Below are positions 10,389 to 20,000 of a stretch of DNA of 20,000 bases, in pieces. This DNA comes from Ancylonema sp. (taxonomy: Eukaryota). Each line of letters opens with the position of its first letter. The stretch's first letter is position 1. The stretch spans positions 50,040 through 70,039 of the forward strand of contig JBFLGF010000085.1 in NCBI GenBank assembly GCA_050230475.1, read 5' to 3'. The translations under genes were made by a program, and so were the position numbers. The notes beneath the pieces are model-generated. The model saw only the letters and a list, made by a program, of their open reading frames with translations. It searched no databases and was not told the DNA's origin.

Positions 10389-11098
10389 TATGTCGAATGC
10401 CACTGAGAACACTTTCTCTGTCACGGTCATGGTCACTACTCTGGTGGCTGGGACTTCAGAAGTGACTCAGCATGGACCATTGTGTACGACTATGCACGAG
10501 AAACTTGTGCAATTAGAAGCCATGTGTAGAGATGAGTTGCATTGTTTTATGGAGAAGTTTTGGTCAAGTACATAGGTGCTCTTGTAATGTAAGTCGTTCT
10601 TATGTTTCATATGACCTCATATACGGTGTAGCACCTCACAACAAAAAAGTTGACGTGTTCAAAGTGACATCACCTTAGGTGGACTCGACCTGTACTTGAA
10701 GGGTGGCGAAAAACCAGTGATGTAAAAGAAGGCGTCTTTGCAAATACACGTACAACCTATTGATGTACAACCTATTGAGATGTATCCTGTCTACCCTTAC
10801 CCTCGTTCATCTGTTTCATCTACTTAGCGACCATACATGTACAACAACAATCATGAGCTCATTCACCTTGTCTCTTGTTGACAACCTTGCAAGCGTGTTA
10901 CCATACCAGTCACTCCTAGCATGGAAATGGGGATGACAAAGAGTATTCACAAATAATTGGACCCCACGGATTACTCCCGCACATGTAACGAAACTAATAT
11001 GTACAACAACTTTGTCCTTACGCCAAGTCCTCCCACTTCGTCATCCCACTTCCCTTGCCTGCTTCATCCTAAGACTCTCCCCTCCCCCCCCCCCCCTT

Positions 11099-14000
11099 TC
11101 ATGCCAGTGTCGCTCTCTTCCCCTTCACATCCGCCCTCCCCCCGCTTTTACTAGTCAAAAAGTTGTCATAAATGGCCTGGAGCCTCTTCCTCTCATTGGC
11201 CGGAAGAGACGGCCTAGCATAGCCGACGGCTTCCGCCAGCAGTTCCCTCGTTATAAGCGCACTCCTCCTCCCCCCCCCCCCCCCTGTCCCCCCCCCCTCC
11301 TCCAACACCCCATGCACAGCCGCCACCTGCGCCTCCCCCAGAACCGCCTGCAGGTCCGCCCCACTACAGCCCGCCATCTGTTCCGCCACCTCCTCCAGAT
11401 CCACCCCCTCCCCCAGCGGCAGGTCCCCAGCCAGCGCCCCCAGGATCTGCACCCTCTCCCCCCGATCCGGAAAGTCGCAGAACAGCAGCCTGTCCAGCCG
11501 GCCCGGCCTCAGCAGGGCGGCGTCTATGAGGTCCGGCCTGCTGGTGGCCGCTATGACGAAGACACCTGTCAGCCCCTCCACGCCGTCCAGCTCTGTCAGT
11601 AGCTGGTTGACCACCCGGTCGGTGACACCTGTGTTGTCGTGGCCCCTCTGGGGGGCGATGGCGTCGAACTCGTCGAAGAAGAGGATGCAGGGTGCGGCCA
11701 CCTGCGCCCTGGCGAACACGTCCCTCACCCCCTGCTCTGACGCGCCAATGTACTTGTTCAGCAGCTCGGGGCCCTTCACGGAGATGAGCCGCAGCCCGCA
11801 GGCGGAGGCGGCGGAGGCCACGATGTGAGTTTTGCCACAACCGGGGGGGCCGTAGAGGAGCACCCCGGAACGGAGGCGGAGGGGGGCGGCTGCGAAAATC
11901 TTCGAGTGCTGAGCTGGCAGTTCCAGGACTTCCCTGAGGGCGGCCTGCACCCCCGCCAGCCCCCCAACGTCCCCCCACCCCCTCTTCTTCTGGTCCCCTG
12001 AGGGTGGGGGTTTCGCCAGCCCACGCATCGCGGCTGGCACAAACCCATCCTCGCCCCTCTTGAAATCCGCCTCCTCCACCTCCACCCCCCCACCCACCCT
12101 CCTCCCGCCCCCCCGCCCCCTTCCCCGCCCCCCACTGCCCTCCCCGTCCTGCGCCCGACGAGGGGCTGCCACCTGTCCCGCGCGCAGATACCTCGCAGAT
12201 GCTGCATGTACGGCCCTGTCCACCAGCACCTCCATGTCCGAAGCGTCGTAGCCCTGACACCTGGCAGCGACTGAGGCCACGAGACCAGGAGGGCACGACA
12301 GGTGGCGGTCCTCCAGCAGCTGGGACAGGATGGACGCCCTCTCGGACTCGGCTGGGGCGGGCAGCTCGACCGACAACTCCAGCCTGCCCGAGATCTGCAG
12401 CTGGGGAGCCACGAGGTTTGGGCTCCTGGCGAGAGCGAGGACGGCCACAGGGGGGGCCCCCTCCCTCTGACAGCTGTCCAGAAAGTCCCCCAGGAACTCC
12501 ACCATCGGACTCTCCATCTCCCCCTCCCCCTTGCCAGCTGGCATGAGTGCGTCCACGTCATCCAACACCACGACAGCTGGCGCTTTGTCCCCAGCCTCCC
12601 CGATACCGTCCGTCAGAACCTGCCTCACTACTTTGGCGGCCTCCCCCACTAAGTCCCCGCAGCGGATGTACACCGGGTAGGCGAGACAGGTGGCGTCGTC
12701 TCGGAGCTCCCTGGCTATGGCTAGTGCCAGCTGGCTCTTCCCACTCGCCTGCGCCCCAGATAGGAGCACGCCTCCGGGCGGGGGAGTTCCCAGAACCTTC
12801 CTCGTCTCCACAGCTTGGTGGGAGAGGGTGGTTCTGAGGTGGGTCATGGCTGACTCAGCGGGGGCACGGAGCCAGCTCAGCGAGGACAGGGGCACTACGT
12901 TCTGCCATCTGTCCACTTCTTCCAGCTGGCACAAGGAAGGTCCTGCCAGCTGTGCTGACACCTGTCCGGATACCAGCCCCTCCCTCAGCCGACCCCACGT
13001 CACCACACCCCCCTTCACAGGATGGGGGTTGGCAGAACCCCCTTTGAGAGACGGGGGCTCATTTAGGCTCAAAAGAAACAGTAGAACAGAATCTTCCTCA
13101 TGCCCATCCCCTACACGAATCTCGCTGACATCCTGTGGCCCCATTTCTCCGGTATGGGCACCAAACTTCCCCTTCTCGTTCCCAACCTCTCTCCTCCGAC
13201 AACCTATGACTGTCTGCCCTACGATCGGACTCTCCTCTGCCACACTAACCCCCAAAAGAAACGCCTTCCCAGAAACTTCCTTACCCTCCCCGTAATCCTC
13301 GTTGTCTATCCCCTCATCCCCCTCCCCAGACCTGGCCCAGGCCTTGCCAGCCAGCGCAAGCACCTCCCTGTGACGCTCCCATTGCCCCCCTCCCTTCTTA
13401 CTTCCTTTCCCCCTCCTAGACGAGCTGAAGCCGATCGGAGATGAGTTGGCGAGTGCCATGGGAGAGAGGGAAACGACCTTTGGAAGGGGAACGGGCGCTG
13501 CTGACGTCATCGCTCGTAATGATTGCACCCTGACAAGCGTCAGAGTGCGGGCCCCGCACCCATACCTTGTCCGCGGTGGGAGTCCGATATGGTTCCCAAC
13601 GACATTGTCCGAGATACGGATCTGGACACTCGTTACTTGTCTCCCCCTTCTCTCTCTGTCCTCGTCACCCCCCCCAGAGTCCTTGGAATACCCCCTGCTT
13701 TCGGTGGGAGAGGCTTCCCTTGCCGGTTGCATGCCCTTGACCTCCGTACTGGACCTGGTTGGTGGAACCGTCACAGTCACCCACTCCCCTTCTGCCAGGT
13801 GGCACTTCGCGGCTGTACCGGGACTCAAGTACCCGACGCATGCGGGCCACGATATGACTGGTCCTGGACTACACTCCCCATCTGCTTCAGATTCAGCTCC
13901 ACAATCCTGAACCCTAAGCCAGAAAGTTGGAATGTCGCCTTCTAACCCCGACTCCAGGCTACCTCCGTTTTCCCCTAACACAGTCTTTGGCTTCCCCTTG

Positions 14001-14746
14001 AGAGAAATCCTGTCTTTCGGCGCTACCAACAGTTCTGTCCCGTTTGTCAATCGCACCACAGACTTCGGTGACGTGGACGTGACTCGCAGAGTGATGTAGG
14101 CCTGGCGGCGGATCCAAACAGGAAACTGCTGGCCCTTCGAAATGACTGCCAGCTGGAATGTAGACAAAAAATGACACAACCGGTCAGCCATCTACGTCCC
14201 GCCCATACACACATCATTTGGCCCATACAGAGCGGAAATGTCACTACACACAAGACGATTCAGATGCGGGCGCCTCATGCAGGACACCATGCAGTACCCG
14301 GTTTTCGGTCTGAAGGTGAAGATTCTAATGACCGCTCGCAGGAATACCTGAGTGAGAATCTGCTCCTCAAGATAGGTCTGATTGAGTTCCAGCGCTTCCC
14401 AGTCATCGGAGCTGGCGGGCTCCAGTTCGATCGATGTTCCTACGGGGATGTCCTCCGCTCGCCGCACTTTGATTCTGACGGACGACCCAGCTGGCAGCCC
14501 AATGCACTCCCCCAGAGCTTGAGACACTTCCAGATCCGGCCCTGATGCTGTCAATCCCATCCATGCCAAGTGCCAAACTTGTCGGGGTTGAGGGGTCAAG
14601 CTGGCATTCGACCGGCCGGAAGTGCGCAATTCCAAGTACAAGGGTACTGGAGGAAAATCAGCGGCCGTTGAAAGCAGCTGGATCAAGCTTTGAGGCAGGG
14701 CCACGTGGCAGTCCTGAGACGAAACCAGCTGGACCGTGTAGTCCAT
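11099..14746 (-). CDS. PEX1: Peroxisome biogenesis AAA ATPase PEX1, ~1150 aa; exons 14746-14348 and 14152-11099
   Basis: N-domain DCHVALP...WHLAWMG...IELEPASSDDWEALELNQTYLEEQILTQ|LAVISKGQQFPVWI. D1 GAQASGKS/VVLDDVD; D2 GPPGCGKT, KGPELLNKYIGASEQ, FFDEFD, APQRGHDNTGVTDRVVNQLLTELDG, RPGRLDR. C-terminus KGKRATLA is typical of plant PEX1. One phase-0 GT-AG intron at 14347-14153. Confidence 0.95.
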
Positions 14747-15487
14747 CTCTTAAAGCACGGTTCAACTGGCATCCTTCACAGCAATTGATTGTAATCGCCC
14801 CGCAGAGGCGCATGGCGGTGATAGCAGCGACAGGGGGGTTCCCCATGAGATCCTCGGGCACTGTAGATATTCCATGCTACCATTCAGCGGGTACGCCAGC
14901 TGGGTCCTCAAAGAGCAAAGTTTCTGTCTAAGAGGAAATATGGGGGACATGAAGCGGGCGGCAAAACCAACTTTTCCCTGTGGTAAAAGTTGGTCCAATA
15001 AAACCTGTTATAATTGATATTAAAACATGGGAGCCGCTCGTGTCTCGAGCGCGCGACGCGGTCGTACAGGTTTGAGCCCGCGCTCGCTCTATCGTTTTTC
15101 TTGCCTACGGCAAGATGAATAGGTCGGCGCAGGTCGGCGCAAAGCCAAAGCTAGACGCCAGACGCTTGGCTGGCGATGTAAAACCAGTCCGCCACACATG
15201 TGAAAATACAACTTGATTGCCCGTGTTGCCACAGAACCTGGACTGGACGCGCTGGCCCCGTGAACGGAAGCTTTTCTTCGCAGGAGACTGCCACGCCGAC
15301 AACACCGATTTAAGCCCCATGCAATCCATCATCTTTCCTGGAAATTGCGACTTTGGCTGAGAGGTCCTGATCTGCAGCAAGTTCTACAGAGTGTCTGCAT
15401 CGAACGAAGGGGTCCGAAGATCGGCTGAAAAGAATCCAGCTCAGGGGCTACACAGATAGGTTCTAGCTTGAGTTTTGACTTGCAATC
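14747..15487. promoter_or_regulatory. Putative bidirectional promoter / 5' UTRs shared by PEX1 and L-aspartate oxidase
   Basis: The start codons diverge with 741 bp between them. Central AT-rich patch (about 14997-15025) beside a CpG-rich tract and a tandem AGGTCGGCGC x2 (15121-15140). Confidence 0.55.
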
Positions 15488-18400
15488 ATGGCGAGCGCTT
15501 TCCTTTCAGCTCCGATTTTTGCGGCGGCTCCCAAGATGATAGCCGCATATACCCCACCGGCCACGGTCAGGCCTTCGCAGCAACTGAGCTGGTCAGCAGC
15601 CGACTGGGTAGAAGGCCCCGGCGCGTGTCTGAGTGACAGGAATGGACCATTCCGTGGATCCATTTCAATGTCCGTCTCTGATTGGCAGGAGGGAGCTGGA
15701 AGTTGTTTCGCAGAGACCTGGAGGTAAGTCAAGTTGGTGCAACTGGGCGCCAATTGGGCGCTTTTCTTCGGGCGGGTATGGTGCGTGACTTTCAGTTTGT
15801 TAGGCTATATTGTTCTTGCAAATCAAGACCCAATGACTCATGTGCACTGGTCGTAGACGTGTTCGTACTCATCGCGGCGAAGTTCATAGATCACATCGTC
15901 CAGCTTCCTTCGTCTCCACGATGTTAGAGAGCGGCGTATCTTGATATGTAATCTCACGGTAGTATTGCAGTCGTCGCGCGAAGTGTCATTTTGTGTCGTT
16001 ATTCGAGGGCTTCGAGGGAGTTTTAATGCCCCGATCTTCGCTGCTCTTGGGTTTGGCACACGAGACGAGCTTTCTGGTTTTCTTACTGACCTGTTGCGAG
16101 GTCGTCAGTCACTTCAATTGGCTGGTTTTTTACCACAAGTGGTTCTCTTTGTCAAGAACATGCCGTTTTCGCTGGCATGTACCCCGCGCCCGCGCGCGCG
16201 TGCGTCTGTGTAATCGTGCAGTCCGCTTCAGGCTGACTGAAGCAACAAACACGCCGAGAGTCCTTTGTGAAGTCGAAAAGGGTTTGCTGACCTCCACCAT
16301 TCAGTTTCGTCCGCTAGATGCAGGAATTGGAGACTGGGTCCGACACTGAGCCCACATCTGAGCCCATACCCACATCCATATCGAAGATCCTGAAGTTCCA
16401 CTCACCACCCTTCGATGTCATCCTGTGCCGACCTGCAGGGATGCCTACCCGCGTGCTGACCTGGACGCCTCCCCAAGCGGCACCACCGACAGCCTCACCC
16501 CTCCCACGGTCATCCGCTCTCCTTCCGCGCTGAAGAACCCCCGCCGCCGACCCGCCCGCCCATCCTTGAAGAAGAAGGGGCAGGAGACATCAATAAAGGC
16601 CAAGGCTGCCGCTGCTCCCCACTCCGAGTTCGCCCCTCCCCCGCCCGCCCCCCCCCCCCACCCCCCAACCGCCAAGCCCCCGAAGCCCGCGGACGCGGCG
16701 CCGGATGGCGTGGGAGACGAGGGCCTGACGCTTAAGTACGATTTCGTCATCATTGGCAGCGGGGTCGCGGGTCTGCGGTACGCCCTGGCAGTCGCAGAAA
16801 AGGGCAGCGTGGCCGTAGTAACGAAGTCGGAGCCCCAGGAGGGCAGCACCCGGTACGCCCAGGGCGGCGTGAGCGCGGTCCTGGACCCCCTGGACTCGGT
16901 CGAGAATCACATCCGCGACACGATCGTGGCCGGGGCGTACCTTTGCGACGAGGAGGCTGTAGAGGTGGTGTGTAGGGAGGGCCCCGCCCGCGTTCGGGAG
17001 CTGATGGCCATGGGCGCGTCGTTTGACAGGGGTGAGGACGGGCAGCTGCACCTGGCGCGGGAGGGGGGCCACTCGCACTCGCGTATCGTGCACGCGGCGG
17101 ACGTGACGGGGAGGGAGATTGAGCGCGCGCTGCTGACAGCGGTGCAGAAGAATCCGGACATACGGCTGTTTGAGCACCATTTCGCCGTGGATCTGCTGAC
17201 GAGGAGGACGGAGGAGGTCGTCACGTGCTACGGGGTGGACGCGTTGGACTTGAGATCTGGGAAAGTGAGGACGGGTCCGGGAACGGGGGCCGGGGGGGGT
17301 GGGAGGAGGAAGGTTGATGGCAGTCCGACCCATAGGCGTCGGGTCTATGCGTATGAGCCCATGACCCCATCTCACTCAATCCGCAATCCGATCTCATAGA
17401 CCAGACGTGGGTTTGTTGTTGCCTGACATTCTGACATATGCATTTTGCGTTTGTGTTTCTTCTTTTCGGGTTTTGCAGATCGTACGGTTTCTTGCCGGCT
17501 CTCTGCTGCTGGCTTCGGGGGGTGCTGGCCACGTGTACCCCAACACCACCAACCCCACGGTAGGTCCCCAACCGATTCCCAGCACTCTCTCTGTCAGGTG
17601 GTGGATGATCCGTGGCCTTTCTTTGCAGTTTTGCTTTCCTTGACACGGACACTGACCTGTTTCACTCTTCTCACGTGTTTGTTTCCCGGTTTTGTCCAGG
17701 TGGCAACTGGGGATGGAGTGGCTCTGGCCCAGCGAGCTGGCGCTGCGGTTTCAAATATGGAGTGAGTACACATCAAAATCAAAACCAGAATCAACACCAA
17801 GACCAGAAGTAGAACAGAAACAAAAACCTAAACAAGGACGAAAACGAAACGAATATCAGTACCGACCTCAAAGATAAACCCAATATCAGAACCAAAACCA
17901 GAACCAAACTTTAGTTTCCCTACTCCAACTAGTCTCTTTACATGCATTGATGGATGACAGGATTGCCTAATTGAGCATTTCTGGTCCGTCTTCCAACTTT
18001 TCTCATCCTCATCACTACCCATAGCACTACAGAACCATACTCATATATCTGCACCCATCGGTTTTTTAAAAGGAACCATTTCCTTCATTCCTCTGCTCAG
18101 CCCCCCCCCCCCCCCCCCAGATTCGTCCAGTTCCACCCCACCTCCCTGGCCGACGCAGGCCTGCCCCTGAAGCCCCACCCCCCCCGCGAGAACGCCTTCC
18201 TCATCACGGAGGCCGTGCGGGGGGCGGGAGGCATCTTGTACAACCAGGGGGGGGAGCGGTTCATGGCCGACTACGACCCCAGGGGGGAGCTCGCCCCGCG
18301 CGACGTTGTAGCGCGCAGCATCGACGACCAGCTGAAGCGGAGGGGGGAGAAGTTTGTGTGGCTGGACTTGAGTCACAAGACGGAACAGGAAATCATTCAA

Positions 18401-19178
18401 CACTTTCCGAACATCGCGGCGGAGTGCCTCAAGTAAGCCTCAAGGAAAAGGGAAGGGAAGGGAAGGGAAGAGGTCAAAAGAAAAAGGAGGGGGTGGAAGA
18501 AATGCAAACGAATCACCCAACCCACCCCACACAATCTGTTCCCTTTTCCCCTCACTCGAACCTAACCTGACTTCCAAAAAAGCCCACCAACCAGCAGCAC
18601 CAAACCCTCCCCCCCCCCCCCCCCCCCCCCCCCCCTCTCCCCACTTCCTTTCCCCTCCTTCCTCCCCCCTCCAGATACGGCGTGGACATGACGAAAGCCC
18701 CCATCCCCGTAGTCCCCGCCGCCCACTACATGTGTGGTGGGGTTCAGACGGGTCTGTACGGGGAGACGTCCATTCTGGGCCTGTTTGCGGCGGGCGAGGT
18801 GGCGTGCACGGGGCTGCACGGGGCCAACCGCCTGGCCTCCAACTCCCTGCTAGAGGCGCTGGTGTTTGCGCAGAGGGCGGTGGGGCCCGCCATCGAACAC
18901 ATGGAGAAGGCGAGGCCGGTGGAGGAGGCAGGGGGGGAGGTGAAGGGGGAGGGGGAGGGGGAGGGGGAGAAGGAGGGAGGTCTGGGGGAGTGGGCACGTC
19001 CTACGGGGCTGGAGCTGAAGGGGGAGAGGGCGGAGTTGGTGGGGAAGGTGACGGCGGAGTGTAGGGGGAAACTGCAGGTGGGGATGGGAGGGGTGGGTGG
19101 GGGGGGGGAATCAGAATTGGGTCCATGGGACCCTCCATGGGACCCATACTGTCTTTTTACTGTCTTCACTCTACTGTC

Positions 19179-19209
<31 letters not shown>

Positions 19210-19620
19210 CACTTCCCCAATAATTTTTGATGTCTTTGTATATAAATGTATGTTTTCTTATGTTGGTTTCTGTTTTGGTGTTCCCTCTGTATGCAGGATT
19301 TGATGTGGGACTACGTGGGAATCGTGCGGTCCACGGAGCGCCTCCTCATCGCCAACCTCAAGCTGGCCTCCCTGGCCGCCAGCTGGCAGGAACAGCTGGC
19401 GGACGCGGGGTTGCAACCCACGTCGGTCACCCGCGAGATCTGCGAGATGCGTAACCTCCTCTCCGTCTCCTCCCTCATCGTACGTTCCGCTCTTCAGCGA
19501 CAAGAGAGTCGGGGATTGCACTACGTGACCGACTTTCCGCAGCTGGTAGAGAGCCAGAGGCTGCCCACCGTGCTGTTGGGAGAGGCGGTTGGGGAGGTTG
19601 GGGGGGTGCAGAGGTGGTAG
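15488..19620 (+). CDS. nadB: L-aspartate oxidase (de novo NAD synthesis), probably plastid-targeted, ~747 aa; exons 15488-15723, 16439-17264, 17479-17559, 17700-17761, 18121-18432, 18675-19077, 19297-19620
   Basis: FAD-binding [12 protein letters not shown], then [103 protein letters not shown] introns are phase-consistent (2244 nt total). Exon 1 ([16 protein letters not shown]..., Ala/Ser-rich) looks like a transit peptide and joins exon 2 in phase 2; it is less certain than the catalytic exons. Confidence 0.93.
17772..17910 (+). repeat. Degenerate hexamer-periodic A/C-rich repeat (ACCAAA/ACCAGA-like) in AO intron 4
   Basis: caaaatcaaaaccagaatcaacaccaagaccagaa...cagaaccaaaaccagaaccaaac shows 6-nt periodicity. 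Confidence 0.6.
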
Positions 19621-20000
19621 GTGGGAGTAGGTGGCAGGAGGGTGGATGTATACGTCTGGGGATGTCATATTGGGGTACGGGTTAGGGATCGTTAGGTTGT
19701 GGGGTTTTGTAATCGTCCTTCATGTGGGGAGTCTCCTGAGGGGCTTGGAGTTTCTGAGGTTTTATTAGTTTTGTTTGTAGAAGGACAATCCGTGCATGTA
19801 TTTGTGACTGTACAAGGGAAGGAGAAGTGCTTAATGCCATGGGTGAAAGTCCGGTTGGCTTTTTGAAGTATGTTAGCCACAAGAGAAATGAGGGAATGTT
19901 GTAAAGTGAAGCCTACTACTCGTCAAGGTACTCCAAAAGAGTTGGACTGTACGCGTCCATGATGGAATGAATGCAAGTTGAAAATGCAATGCAAATTATC

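Noticed and set aside
9876..10575. Short ORFs either side of the MITE as a possible interrupted gene
   Set aside because: Joining the flanks gives stop-interrupted frames with no motif I recognise; a tBLASTx search would be needed.
11012..13945. Many long alternative-frame and antisense ORFs overlapping PEX1
   Set aside because: Expected shadow ORFs in GC-rich coding sequence; low-complexity products without motifs.
15724..16438. Possible NAD-sensing riboswitch or snoRNA in AO intron 1
   Set aside because: No recognisable aptamer, box C/D or H/ACA pattern by eye.
16445..19668. Antisense ORFs over the aspartate oxidase exons
   Set aside because: Shadow ORFs caused by high GC3; no recognisable domains.
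1..20000. CRISPR arrays, tRNA/rRNA genes, prokaryotic operons or defence systems
   Set aside because: No regularly spaced repeats or RNA-gene signatures; the spliceosomal gene structure shows this is eukaryotic nuclear DNA.

Overview
Eukaryotic, intron-containing, GC-rich DNA of a green plant lineage. A streptophyte alga is my inference from the land-plant-like proteins, high GC and poly-C/poly-G introns. Four genes can be reconstructed by hand: (1) a WIP-family C2H2 zinc-finger gene (+, 3 exons) whose last acceptor reads CAA rather than CAG; (2) a GDAP2-like macro + CRAL-TRIO gene (+, 13 exons); (3) PEX1 (-, only 2 exons, one of 3 kb); (4) L-aspartate oxidase with a probable plastid transit peptide (+, 7 exons), head-to-head with PEX1. 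Non-coding features include a clear TA-flanked, CCGTA-ended Tc1/mariner-type MITE, two degenerate inverted-repeat elements, microsatellites, a hairpin-dense stretch at the window start, and an unusual splice-site context (G-runs after donors; acceptors preceded by either poly-C or (GGGGTT)n). I do not see convincing evidence of a new multi-gene system; the best leads are the splicing architecture, the WIP acceptor and the intron-poor PEX1.
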